From Scenedesmus sp. PABB004 (lineage: Eukaryota), in assembly GCA_014905635.1 (NCBI GenBank), contig JABVCE010000038.1, positions 1-64,000 of the forward strand: DNA of 64,000 nucleotides, written 5' to 3'. Below, one piece after another: positions 48,701 to 61,700 of this stretch (position 1 is its first letter; each line of letters starts with the position of its first letter). Both the position numbers and the translations under genes were made by a program. A model generated the notes under the pieces. That model was given only the letters and a program-made list of their open reading frames with translations. It made no database searches and was not told the origin of the DNA.

Positions 48701-51700
48701 GCGTGGCCGCGCTCGCCGCGTCTGCCGCGCCGGCCCTCGGCCCGCGCGCCGCCGCCGGCGGCCGCGCCCGCCGCGCCCGGCGTCCAGCGCACGGTGACGC
48801 GCTCGCTGGACCTGGGCTGGACGCAGCCGGACGCGGGGGTCACGCAGAACACGGGGCTCGCGCTGGACAGCGCCCACTCGTAGTCGACGGCAAAGGCGTG
48901 GCGGTTCTGCATCACCAGCGTCTGTGGGGGGCGTGGCGACGGTGCGGAGGCGACGGCCGCGCGTGCGCGTTCGCGTGCGCGTGCGCGTGCGCGCGAGGTG
49001 CTCAAGCACAGCGTCAAGCACGGGGCTGAGCGGCGGCGCGGCGGGAGCGCGGCGGCGTCACCTGCTCCACGCAGTCCGCCCAGGCGTCGGCGCCGGCGTC
49101 GTCGCTGAACGCAAACAGCAGCTCCTCGGCCGACAGGTCCAGCGTGACCGCGACCACGTCGGCCGCCACGTCCAGGCTCTGCGCGGCGGCAGCCAGGGGG
49201 GGAGGGGGGCGGCATGGCGGCTCAGCGCAGGCGCCAGCCTGGACAACGGCAGGCCGCTGCGCCCGGCCCTCCTCCGCGCACCTGCATGTGGACGCCATTG
49301 ATGCAATACTCAAGCCGCTCCCTGACCTGCTGCACGTCGTGGCAGCGCAGCACGAGCTCAAACTTTGCGGCCCCGCCGGCGGGCACGACCTGCGCCGCTG
49401 GGCCCGCGACGCTCAGCAGCCCGTCCAGCGCCGACAGGTCGAGCGCGACGTGGATGGCCGCGGCCAGGCCGTTGCTGACCACCAGCGCCTCGGTCGCGGG
49501 GAGCGCAGGGGAGACCTTGCCAAAGCTCAGCGCGCGCGGGCCGACTGCCACCTTGGACAGCTGCCCGGGCGCCAGCTCCGCCGCGCACTCGGCGCGCTCC
49601 TGCGCGGCGCGCAGGGCGGCGCGCGACGAGGTGGCGGCTCCGGCAGCGGCGGCTGCCAAGGCGCGCCGCCGCCTCCCTCGCGCCAGCGTCGGCTGTGACC
49701 CCCCCCCCCCCGCACCTGCGCCGTCTCTGGCCAAGCCTTGTGCACCGGGATAGCTGCGAGCGCCGACGCCGTCGGCGCGCGCTGCACGCTCGGGCCCGCC
49801 ACGCTGTGCTGCTTCACCGTCCACAGCGGGTCCACCGCGCGGGGCAGCTGTAGCTGCCCGGGGCGCAGGCCCCTGCGGCGAGCGGGCGCGGACGCGGCGG
49901 CAACGCGGGCCAAGTCTGAGTCGGGCGGCCGACTGAGTGCGGCTGAGCGCGCCTGCGCCTGCGCCTGGTCGCAGCTCAGCCGACTCACGCGTATGGCGTC
50001 ATGCCCAGGTTGACGTCATCCTCGCCGCCCTCCGGCCGCGTGAGGCGCGCGCGCGCCGCGCCGGCGCGGCCCGAGCGAATCAAGCGCGAGTGGCGCGGCG
50101 CCGTGAGCTCGGCAACAGCTGCCTCGCCCTCGTCCACCAGCGCCCTGCGGCGGCAGCAGGGCAGGGCAGGCAGCAGGCTCGGCGCGGGGGAGCGCAGTGC
50201 CGGCGGCTGGACGCCAGCGCCGCGCCGCGCCGCGCCTGGGCCGCTTGAACGTGTCTGGCGTCGCGTCGAGCCCGCCGGGCAGCGGCGCCTTGGTGCCGAG
50301 GGTCAGGCTGCTGCCGAGCACCGCGACGATCGTTTCCGTCAGCACCGGGCCGCCCGCCGCCGGCATCGCCTGGAAGCTCAGCGACGCCTGGTGCCGGCCC
50401 AGCGCCTGCGCGCGGCGCGGCGGGCGCGCGGCGGCGCCGCAGCTCGACCCCGGCACGCCCCCGGCGCGCTGGCGGCGCCCCCGGCTCCACGTCACCGCGA
50501 ACCTTGGGCATGTAGCGCAGGAGGACTTGCGCACTCGCCCCCGGCGCCAGCGCCAGCTCCGCCGGCTCCGCGCGGAAGTAGCAGGGCCCGCTGCGCCCCA
50601 CCGCCACGCGCACCGGCAGCTCGGCGCAGCCGTTGGCCACCTCCACCACCTGGTCTGCCCACTCGTGGCAGGGCACGGCGCCAAACTGCAGCGTCTGCGG
50701 GCTCACGCGCAGCGCCGGCGAGAGCGCGGCGCCGCGCACGGCCAGCCGCAGCTGGCGCGCGCCGCCAGCCAGGCTGACCTGCGACGGCGGCGGCGGTCGG
50801 CCGTGTGCGGCGGAAGCGGGGCACCGCACCCGCCCGTCCGCGCGGCGGTGCTCCGTGTCGCCCGAGGGTCGCAGCGCGGCGCCGCGCCTGCATGATGCAG
50901 TCGTGCTGCTGTGTTGCCGCCGGCGCAGGCTGCGCCGAGAAGCCCTTGGCCGCCCGCGCCGGCGGCAGCCGGAGCACCAGCGCCAGCTCCACGCTGCCAA
51001 ACGCCGGCACCACGCCGCTGGTGGGGCTGACGCGCAGCGCCGACGCGCCCTCCTCCCGCGCCTTGGCCTGCGTGCGACGTGCGGCGCGCGCGGCCTCGGC
51101 GCGGTGCTGGCCAGCCGGCCGTCGGCCCTGCCTGTGCCGCCAATGCACCGACCGCCCCCCTCTCCCCAAACAGCTCACACGAATGCGCGCCATCTGCAGG
51201 AACGCCGCGTGCGCGTCGCCGCCCGCGCCGCCGCCCGCGCCGCCGCCGTCGCCGCCGGCCAGCAGCGCCTTCATGTCCTCGGCGACGCCATAGCTGAGGT
51301 CAAAGCGCGCCGGCGCGGGGCCGCCGTTGTGCAGCGCCACGCGCCGCTCGCAGGACTCGCCGGAGAAGAGCCGCCCCAAGTCAAGCTGCGCGCGGCCGCG
51401 AGGGCGGCGGCGGGGGCCGCGTCGGCCGCGCGGCCTCCACGCGTCGGCGGCGCGCGCGGCTGCCGCTGCGCGCGCGCATGGCCCCCACACCTCGGTGATG
51501 GCCTTGTCGGTGCGCGGGTCCCGCAGCTCGAAGCTCTGGCCCACCACGGTGGCGGTGAGGGCGTAGAGCCGCGGCTCAGGCAGCCCCGCCACGACCAGGG
51601 CCACCTCGCCGGCGAGCGCGCCGACCTCGGCCGGCGCGAGGCGCGCCGTGAGCTGCGCGCTGCCGCCGGGCGGCACCACGCCGCACGCCTGCTCCACGCT

Positions 51701-52457
51701 CAGCGGCAGCCCCCTGCGCGGCGCAGAGGCGGGCGCCGCATCGGGGCAGGCCACGCGCGCTCGCCCGCGTGGCGCAGCCGCTGCCCCGCGCGGAGCAGGC
51801 GGCCGCCGCACTTGTCCCACTCCAGCCGCCACTCTGCCGGCAGCCGGCCCGCGTTGGCCAGGCGCAGCACGCGCTCGGGCCTGGCGTCCACGCCGACGAC
51901 CCCGAACTCCAGGCTGCCCTCCAGCGCGAGCGCCGGCCGCGCGGGGCGGGCGTGCAGCGCGACCTCCAGGGCCTGCCCGTCCTCCGACAGCACGCGCAGG
52001 GCGTCATGGAAGTCCCGGTCGATGGCGACGAGCGCCGAGGCATCAAACACGACCTGCACCGGCGAACAGCGGCTGCGCGCGGCTCGCGGCGCGTGCGGCG
52101 CCCGGCAGCGCACGCGCGGCGCGGCGCGGCAGCGCGCCTCGAAGCTCAGCGACAGCCCCGGCGCGATGCGCTGCGTGGCGGTTGCGCCGACGACCCTGAA
52201 GAAGCGCGTGGCCGGCGGCGTCACGCGCACCGAGCGCGGCCCGGCCGTGTCCAAGTTCTGCGCGGGCGGCGGCGGCGCGCGTGCCGTCTCGGCGGCGGCG
52301 CTCCGGCCGCGCGTGCTGCCCCGCTGTCGCCGCCGCCCGGCGCCTGCCGTCTCACCGTGACCACCACCACGGCGGACGCGGTCTGCCCGGGCGCCGGGCC
52401 GTCGAAGCACACCGCCGCGGGCGTGGCGCGCAGCAGCGCTGGCGCGGCCGCGGCCAT
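39215..52457 (-). CDS. CFAP47: Cilia- and flagella-associated protein 47 (many ASH/Ig-like domains plus calponin-homology domains), >30 exons
   Basis: Repeated ASH-like units (LEFGVV..LRLANAG, LDLG..VALHNGG, LQFGAV, VAFPPTFIG); CH-like GSNIHGSAETCLLAWL and FSGLRDGLALGALLAAH; FTAEFTPDSPLNFDVRP; C-terminal ELGKEVVGKLVVVT..FVVRGRQPEWRPP. Confidence 0.85.
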
Positions 52458-53029
52458 CGCGACAGCCGTGCGCCGCACGGGCTGCGCTACGCGGGGGGCG
52501 GCTCCATGGTCACTGGCGTCGGCACGCACCCCAAGCGCCACGCTGGCAGACGGCGCGGCCGTTTTGACTGCGGCGCGCGAGCGGACGCCCCGGCGGCGGT
52601 CCAAGCCGGCGGCGGCGCCGCAGTGCGGAAAAGCGGCGCACGCAGACGAGCACGCAGCCTCGCACGACGCCGCACGGGAACACGCCGACCCACGCGCCCC
52701 GGCGTGCTCGGCCCTCTGCTGCCCCATCGCAGCGGGCTCTGCCGCTCCATTGCTCGCGCCCGCGCGTGCATCTCGCGCACTGTCGCACGCCCGGCCAGGC
52801 GCAGCGGCGCAGGCAAGCGTAGGGGCGCGGAGCCGGGCCGTGCAGGAGCAACGCCTTCTCTCTCGCTTGCAGCGAGCGCTGCCGGGCCCCTCCCGCACGC
52901 CCCGGCACCGCAACCCCGCAAGGACAACACCCGGCCGGCGCGCGGGAGCAGCGGCGCCCGCCGGCGGGCGCCGCGCGGCGGCAGCAGCGAGCGAGCGCGC
53001 CGCCGCGGCCGGCGGCCCGCCGCGCCGCC

Positions 53030-54123
53030 ATGGCGCCGGTCTACCTCAACGTCTACGACCTGACCACCCAGATGAACAGCTGGACCTACTGGTGCGGCGT
53101 GGGCGTGTTCCACGCAGGCGTGGAGGTCTACGGCGTCGAGTACGCGTTTGGCGGTGCGCGCCGCCGCCGCGGGCGCGGTGCAGCTCCGTGGCCGCGCGTT
53201 ACGTCGCATGCGCCGCGCGTGCGCGTGCGGCGGCGGCGCGTCAACCCCGCCGCCCGCGGCGCAGGGCACGACTACGACGTCTCGGGCGTGTTCGCGACGC
53301 GCCCGCGCGAGGCGCCCGGCGCGGGTGCGGGCGCGGCGCTGCGGGCGGCAGCAGCGCCCGGCGGCGAGAGCGGCGGCGGCAGCGCACCCGCGCGGCGCGC
53401 CTGACGCCCCGCCGCCGCGGCGGCCACGGCCACGGCCGCAGTGTTCCGGGAGCGCATCCACATGGGCGACACCGCGCTCAGCGCGGGGCAGGTGCAGCAG
53501 CTGGTGCAGCAGATGGGGCACCAGTACAAGGGCAACCAGTACCACCTGCTGCAGCTCAACTGCAACCACTTTGCCAGCGACATGTGCGTGCAGCTCACCG
53601 GCAAGCCCGCGCCGCCGTGGGTGAGAGCGGCGCGCGCGCGGCGCGCTCGCCCGCGCGCGGCCGAGGAGGAAGGGGCGCCGGGCGCGGCGCGGCGCGGCGC
53701 GGCGCGGAGCGCTTGCCGACGCGGGAGCGCGCTGCCCGCTGCAGATCAACCGGCTCGCCGGGCTCGCGGTGCTGCTGCACTGCTTCCTGCCCGGCTCGTG
53801 GGTGCCGCCGCTGCAGACGCCGTCGGCGGCGCCCGACCTCGCGCCCAGCGGTGAGGCGCCCGGCGCGCGCACGTTTTCGCGCCGCCGCCGCGGCGCGTGC
53901 CGGCTCGCTCGCTCGCAGCGGGCGGCAGCGCGAGCGGGCGCGGCGGCGGCGGCGGCGGCGGCCCCGCCCTCGCTGAGCGCGCCCGCGGCGCGCCGCGCCG
54001 CCGCCGCCCCCGCCCGCAGTCGCGCCCGCGCGCAGCAAGCGGCGGGCCATCGCGCGCGACAGCAGTCGCCAGAAGCTGCTGGACGGCCCCGTGTCGGACG
54101 AAGCGATCGAGGCGCGCGTCTGA
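53030..54123 (+). CDS. PPPDE/DeSI-family cysteine isopeptidase, 5 exons
   Basis: VYLNVYDL; GVGVFHAGVEVYGVEYAFG (catalytic His); YHLLQLNCNHF (catalytic Cys); PPW|INRLA. Confidence 0.93.
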
Positions 54124-54779
54124 ACGCCGTGCGGGGTCGCCAACGATCGTGTACCATCACCTTGCGACTGCCGCCGCCGCCCGGGCGCGTGCCGGGCCTG
54201 GACGCGCAGCGTGTGACTTGACTTGTGTGACGCGCGGGGTGCGGAACGCGTGAGTGCGCAGCGGCCGTGACGGTCAGAATGTTTGACCGCCGCCCTGGGC
54301 CCGCCACCGCCCTCCCCGGACCGCGCGCCGCACCGCGCCCACAACGCACGAACAGAAGGTGGCCCCGCCACGGCTCGCTCGCGCACGGTCGCCACAAACG
54401 CCGCCCGGAGAAACGCGGCCCGCCCGCCAGCGGCATGCGGCGCACCTGAAGGCACCCCCAGCGCGCTAGGAGGGGGATGATGGTGCGCCCGGGCGGGCGG
54501 TGGGGCCGCGCCGGGGTGCAGGCGCGCCCCGGTCCGCCAGGGAGCGTCGGCGGCCATCTCCCGCCCGCCCCGCGCGCTGTGGGCGCCAGAGCGCTCCCGG
54601 CGAGCGGAATCGCGCGTTTCATGCTTCGATGCGCCCGCAGCGGGCGCGCCAGGCCGCCGCAGCGCCCCGGCCGTCCGTCCTGACCGGCCCGCCGCCGCCG
54701 CTGCTGCGCGCGCGCGCCGCCCGCCCCGGCGCAGGGCTAGCGCCCCGTCGCGCCGCCACCACACCCAACGCATGCAGGC

Positions 54780-56771
54780 ATGGCCGACGGCGCGCTCGAT
54801 TTTGCGGCGGCGGCGGCGTACGCGGCCGGGCTCGCGGGCGTCGGCTGGGAGGCGCTCGCCGCTGCGAGCGGCGGGCCGGCCAGCCGGCCGGGCGGCGCGG
54901 GCTGGGGCGACGACCCGCACGCCGGCGCGGCCGACAGCGGCAGCAACAAGAACAAGCACGGTTTCCGCGGCGTGAGGAAGCGGCCGTGGGGCAGCTACGC
55001 GGCGGAGATCCGCGACGGCGGCGCGAACAAGCGGCGCTGGGTGGGGACGTTCAAGTGCGTCGAGGAGGCGGCGCGCGCCTACGACGCCGCGGCGCTCACG
55101 CTGCACGGCATGCGCGCCAAGACCAACTTCAAGTACTCGGCCGCCACGCTCGCGCGCTACAAGACCGCCGCCAAGGTGCGGACCGCTCGCAGGGAGGGCC
55201 CGGCGGCGCGGGCGCGCTGACCCGCCGCGCCCGCGAGCCCGCCACCCACACGCCGCGCCGCGCCGCGCCGCGCCGCGCGCGCGCAGCACGGCCCGGCCGA
55301 GGACCTGGAGGCGCTGCTGGCAGACATCGCGACCGGCCGCGACCTGCCCGTCCCAGAGGGCATGGAGGAGGAGGACCCGGCGCCCTTTGATGGCCCCATG
55401 GCCGCAGCGGCCGCGGCCGCCACCGCCGGGGCCGTGCCGGGCTCGCCGAGCGCGTCGGGCGGCGGCAGCGGCTGCGGCTCGCGCTCGCCGGCGGGCAGCA
55501 ACCCGCTCGTCGCGGCGGCCGCGGCGGCCGCGGCGGCCATGGCGGCCGAGCAGCCGGGCGGGGGCTTTGCGCCGCCGTTTGGCGGCGGCCCCGGCGCGGC
55601 GGCGATGGCGCTCTTCAAGCACCGCAACCCGGGCTTTGACCTTCCCGACCCCGCCGGCAGCGAGGGCAGCCACCGCAGCGAGCAGCACGGCGCGGACGGG
55701 TCGTCGCCGGCGCTGACGCACCACTCGCCGACGTCGGGCAGCAGCCGGGGTGAGGGCTTCTTTGCCTGGGGCGAGCCCGCGGCGCCGCGCGGCGGCAGCA
55801 GCGGCGACGGCGCCGGCGCGGGCAGCGGCGACCTGTCGGCGCTCAGCCAGCAGCTGGCGGCGCTGGCGCAGCCGCAGCAGCCGGCGGCGGGCGAGGGCGC
55901 GGAGCAGCGTGCGCCCCCGCAGTCGGCGGACGAGGCCGACCGGGCCGTGGGCGCGGCGCTGCTGATGGGCGCCGCCGCCCTGGCCGCCCGCCGCGCCAGC
56001 GACGACGCGCGGCGCGCGCTGAGCGGCAGCGGCGGCGACGACGCGCGGCGCGCGCCGGGCGGCGGCGGCGGCGACGACGCACGCGCGGAGCCGCTGGCGC
56101 CGGGGCTGCAGGCGGCGCCGCAGGCCGCGGGCGGGGGTGCCCCGGCGCGCCTGACGCTGGACAACGCCGTGGCTGCCGCGGCGCTGCTGGGGTCGGTGTT
56201 TGACCTTGACGTGCAGCAGCAGCGCAAGATGCTGGTCGGCCTGGTCAGCAGCGGCCTCTTTGACGTGCGCCTGGAGTGCCTCACCGGCGGCGCGGCCGCG
56301 GCCGTCCTCGCAGGGGGCCGGCCCGCAGACCAGCCCGGTCTGCTGGCGGCGGCGGCGGCGTGCGCGCGCACGCCCGAGGCGGCGCCCACGACGCCCTCTG
56401 GCGCGGCCGAGCAGCGCCAGCAGCAGGAGGCGGCCTTGCAGCAGCAAGGCGGCGGCTGTGGCAGCGCCGCCGAGCGCTCGCCGCCACAGGACACGGCGGC
56501 CGCCGCAGTGGGACAGCCGCCGGCGCCGAGCGCTGGCGGCGCAGCCCGGCGCGCGGCACCCGAGCCGGGCGCCGACGCGGCGGACAGGTGCAGCCTCGCG
56601 GGCGGCAGCCAGGGCCTGGCGAAGCGCGCCAAGCTCGCGCACCACGGCTCGCCCGCGGCGCCCTGCGCCGCGAGCAGCCAGGCGGGCGGCGACGACAAGC
56701 CCCTGAACGCCCTCGCCGCGCTGGCGGCGCTGCTGTCTGACGCCGACGCGCACGCAGAGGGCGGGGCCTAG
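54780..56771 (+). CDS. AP2/ERF-domain transcription factor, 2 exons
   Basis: [49 protein letters not shown]; one GT-AG intron at ~55176-55286. Confidence 0.93.
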
Positions 56772-57738
56772 GCCGCCAGCGGCCCGGCGGGGGGTCGAGC
56801 GTTCCCACCGTCTGTGGCGCACTGGGAAGCAGCTGCAGGCTGGCAGCTCGCATCGGTTTGCCCGGGCGGGCCCTAGGCAGGCAGGCTGGCGTCGGTGCGC
56901 ACAAGCAATTCGTCGGGGCCGCTCAGTGCACTGCCCAGCCCCCGCGCCTGTGGCGCCTGTGCCCACAGGCGGCGGCGCGGGCCGCAGGAGTGTGCGCGCA
57001 GGCTGGCGGGGGCGCTACTTTACTTGGTCTCGGCACACACACACACTCAAAGGTCACCGGGGCAGGACCCCCGTGGGGGGCGGGGCGCGTGCCGGCGCCG
57101 CGGACGACGGCTGGCGCGGCCGCGCCGCCGGCGCAGGGGCGGTCGGGGTCGCGGCACTGCCTGGGCGTGAGTGCGAAGAACCGGCTGCGGCTCCTTTGAG
57201 CAGGATTTGCGACCCAGGCGCATCGCGCCGACACCCTGCGCGATGCCCTGGGCGCGCGGTGTGGTTTGGCGCGCGGCAGCGCGCGCCGTGTGTGGCGGCG
57301 CCGCCGCCGTGGGCGGCGCCCGAATGTGGAGACTCCCCCTTGTGCATCGCGCGAGCGGCAGCTGCTTGTGCGCTGCCGCTGGCCGCTGGCGGCGCGCGCG
57401 ACGCGGCCGCCTAGACTAGCATTCGCGCCCCAGGTGCGCGCGGACGCGCCTGGCAGGGGGCCGCGTAGCGTAGCATGCGCAGTGCCGCGGGCACTGGCGA
57501 CGGCGCACTGCCGCTCCACCAGCCCGATTTTGCTTTGGGCTGCACGCTCCCCCCTGTTCCGTGTCACGCACACCCGCAATTGGTTGGACGGGCTGCCGGC
57601 GGTCGTGCTGGCTGCGTGTGCAGGGCGTGGCTGGCTGGCGCACGCAAGACTCCCGACTCGAATCGTAACGCAAACTGTTGCCCCGCCCTCGTCTCAGCGC
57701 AGCGCTTCTCTGCCGCCGCCCGCGCCGCCCGCGCCGCC

Positions 57739-58436
57739 TCACTTCTTCTTGCCCGAGCGCTTGCCCTGGCCCTTCTTGGGCGGCCCGCCGCCCGTCGCCC
57801 TCGCCATCTGCACGCGCGCGATGCGCCTGCGGGCGGCGGCGGCGGCGGCAGCGTCAGCGGGCGCGCCCCGCGCCGCGGGCCGGCTGCGCCCCCCCCCCTC
57901 CTCGTGCCCCCCGCCGCCGCGGCCGGCGCCCGCCGCCCCGCTCACTCCTCCTCTAGCTCGTCGGCGAGCATGGGCATTTTGGGCCCGGTGACGGTGAAGT
58001 ACCACGACGCCACGTGCCGCCCCTTGAGCGGCCGCAGCAGCACGGCGCGCCCGCTCCGCCGGCCGTCGCCGAGGTGGTGCCCAAAGACGCGCGCGCGCAC
58101 CTGCGCCAGCGTCTCGCCGCCGCCGCCGCCGCCGCCGCCGCTCGTGCTGGGCTCGTTGGCGCCGCTCACGCCGCTGCCGCCGCTGCCGCCGCTGCTGCCG
58201 CCGCTGCTGCTGCCGCTGCTGGCAAAGCCCCGCACGCAGCCGCCGCCGACAGCGACCACCGCGCCGGCACCACAATTGCCGCTGGTGGTGGTGGCGCCCG
58301 GCGCCGCGAGCTGGCCGCGCAGCCCCGCGCCGCCGATGCAGCAGCGGCGCAGCGCCCGACCGGCGGCTGCTACGAGCAGCTGCGCGCCGCCCGACTGCGC
58401 GCTCGCGACGGCGGCGGCGACCAGCTGCGCGGCCAT
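57739..58436 (-). CDS. MRPS33: Mitochondrial ribosomal small-subunit protein mS33 (Rsm27/MRPS33 family)
   Basis: Presequence ending VRGFASS; LAQVRARVFGHHLGDGRRSGRAVLLRPLKGRHVASWY; C-terminal GGGPPKKGQGKRSGKKK. Confidence 0.85.
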
Positions 58437-58777
58437 GCTGGGGCCTTGCCGCGACGAGCGGCGGCGGCGCGGGACGGCGGCGGCGACCGGTCGCGCGCGC
58501 CGCGCTCGCGGAGGCCGGCTGGGCTGAGCTGCGCGGAGCAGGGCGCGCGCCGGCCTCGCCGGCGTCCCGTGGGAGAGGCGCGGGGGTGTGGCTGGCCGGC
58601 GCAGGTGCGCGCGGGCGTCCAGGGCGGCGAGTTCGGCGAACCCCTGCGCCCTCGCGGCACACACGCACGCGCCGCGCTGGCGCGGCGACGCCGTCCGATT
58701 GAGCGAGCACGAACCGACCCGCACGATGATCGCCGCCTGAGGTGCACCCACCGCGCCCGCGAGCGCGAGTCGACAGC

Positions 58778-61700
58778 ATGGGCGCCTGCCTGGGCAAGCC
58801 CGAGCCGCCGCCGGCGGCTCCGGGCGCGGGCAAGGCAGATCAGGGCGCGCCTGCAGCGCCGCCGCAGCCCGCGCCGGGCGGCGAGGCCGGCGCGGGGGGC
58901 GCGGGCATCAACATCCTGCCCGGCCCGAGCAGCGTGGCCATCCTGCCGCCCTGGGTGAGCCACAACGAGCTCTACGTCGGCGCCCGGCCCTCCTCGGCAG
59001 GCAGCGCGCCGCCGGCGCCGACGAACAACGACCCCGCGGCGAACGCGCTGCGGAGCAACCTGAGCGAGGTGCGCAGGGGGCCCCGCCGCCCGGCCGGGAG
59101 GGTCGTCGCGACGCACCGCCGCCAGGCACCGCGCTGGGAGGCGCCGGCGCCCCGCCGGCGCCCTGCGGCCGCGCCAGGGAGCGGCGTCTCGGAAAAGTTC
59201 GCCCGAGACGTGTCCTCGCGCGCCGCCAGGGCGCGGCCTGCGCCCGGCGCGGGCTCCCGGGCGCGGCGCCGCGCGGGCCGTGCGTTGGGCGCAGCGCCGC
59301 GGCAGCACGGCGCCGCGGCCCGCCGCACCGCGCCGCGAGCAGCAGCAGCGCCGGCAGCGGCGGCGCCGTCGCTGGCGCAGCGGTGCTGGCCGGCGGCAGC
59401 GGCGCCGCTGCGCCGCACCGCGACGGCGCCGCTGCCGCAGCAGCAGCCGGCCGCACCTCCGTGCCCGCAGCGCCCGCAGCCGCGGGGCGCGCAGGGCGGC
59501 CACGCGCGCTCGCTCACGTGCCGCGGCGCCCGCCCCGCGCCGGGCCGCGCCGCGCCGCAGGTCAAGGCGGTCCTGCAGCAGCTGACGGCGATGAACCCCA
59601 ATCCCACCATCGGACTGGCCGAGGCGGCTGAGATGCTGTGCAGGCACCTCGGCGTCGCGGTCGTCAGGTGCGCGGCCGCGCCGGCGTGCACACGCCGCGG
59701 CGGGCGCGGCGGCGAACCCCCGCGCCGGGGGCGCGCCCCGGTGACGCGCGCAGCAGGCTACGCGCGCACCAAGCGGGCGCCTGCTGCGAGCCAGTGGCGC
59801 CACCGGCGGCGCGCGCGCGCCGGCGGGGGCATGACTCGCGCCCGCCCCCCGCCCGCCCCGCCCGCGCGCGCGCAGCATCGTGGCGTGCACGGAGGGCCTG
59901 GCCAGCTACATCCTCCTCGCGAGCTACGGCAGCGGCGCGGCGGAGCTCGAAAAGTTTGTGGTCATGCGCGGCGCCGACTGGTCGCCCTTCCTGCTGGACA
60001 GCCACACAAACCACATCTACTACAGCGTGCAGAACGACGAGCAGGCGCTCACGCTGCCAAAGGTGCGGCGCGCCCGGGCGGTCGCCGACGCGGCGGCGGC
60101 GCGGACGCGGCGCCGGCGGCAGCGCGGCGGGGCTGCCGCGCGCGCGCGCGGGCGCACGGCGGCCGGGCCCGCCCCGACCCGCTCGCGCCGCGCCGCGCGC
60201 GCCATGCAGGACTGGGACGCGCTGTACCGCTCGGCGGGCATCAAGAGCTTCATGGCGGTGCCCATCGGCGGCGCGGGCGAGGTGCTCGGTCTGCTGACCA
60301 TCGCAAAGCACGAGGCCGGCGCGTTCAACGACGAGTGGTGCGCGCCGCCGCCGCCGCGGGTCGCAGCGGGCGCGGGAGGTCGCAGCGGGCGCGGCGGCGG
60401 AGGGCGCGTGCCGACGCGCCCGCCGCCGCCGCCGCCGCGGCTCCCCCACCGCCGCGCAGGTGGGAGCCGATGCTGGGCGTGCTCGCGGTGGGGCTGCTGC
60501 CGCAGCTGCGCAACGAGCAGGTCGGGTACCTCTGCCACCTGGTGCGCGTGCTGCACAGCACGCAGGACTACCTCGCACTCGTCGCCCTGCTGCTGCAGGC
60601 ACGCGCGCGGCCCCCGCGTCCGCCGCTGCTGCCGCTGCCCCGCAGCCTGCCGCCGCGCGCCGCGCGTGCCGCCCCCGCGCGGCGGCCGGCGGGCGTCCCC
60701 GCCTCGTCGCGCCGACCGCCGACCGCGGCCCGCGCCCGCCGTGCACGCGCAGGGCGCGCACCGGCTGCTGCTAAAGACGACAAACATCAAGATGGGCGTG
60801 CGCCTGGGCCTGCTCAACCAGGACCACAGCAAGGCGCTGATCTTTGAGGTCGACAGCGCCAAGATGAAGGGTGCGCCGCGCCCCGGCGGACGCGCAGGCC
60901 GGGCCGCGGGACGCTGCAGCCGGGGCGGACGCGGCCGCGCCGCACGCGCGCCGCGCCGCCGCCGCCCGCGCTCCGCGCGCCCGCGCCCGCGTCCACGCCC
61001 GCGCCCACGCCCGCGCCGCCGCCGCGCCCTCCCCCCTTTCTCTGCCCCGCCCGCCCTCCTGCGCTCCTCCCTCCCGCCCAGACACCGACTACCTGGCCAC
61101 GCCGACGCGCGAGGCGATGGCCGACATCACCATCACCGAGATCGGCCTGGAGAACACGCTGCTGCTCGACGCCATCAACAAGGGCAAGGCCCGCTTCGTC
61201 AGCGACTGCGCGAGCTACCTGCAGGCGCGCGCGCGCGTGTGGGCGGGCGGCGGCGGCGGCGGCGGCGGCGGGGCGCGTGCGCGCGCCCTGAACCCAGCGG
61301 CGCCGCGCCCGTGCCCGCCGCGGCGTGCCCACACCGCGTCGCCGCCCGCCGCGCTGCGCTGCCCCCGCCGCGTCTCCCGCCGCCGCCACACCAGAGCTGC
61401 ATGAAGCCCGCGACCGACATCTTCATCAGCAGCCAGCAGATGGTCGCCAGCATCGTCGTGCTGCCCCTCATGTGCGCCCGCACCCGCGCACCACCCGCGC
61501 ACCACCCGCGCACCACCCGCGCTCTGCACCTGCGCCCGCCGCCCTGTGCCCGCACCCCTGAACGGGCCTCTTGCTAGACCCCGACCACCCCCACGCGCGC
61601 CGCGCGCTCCTCTGCAGGTACGCCGACCAGAACCTGGGCGGCCTGTACTTCACGCTGGAGACGCCGAGCAACTTCCAGAACATCAAGGACATGCTCATGG

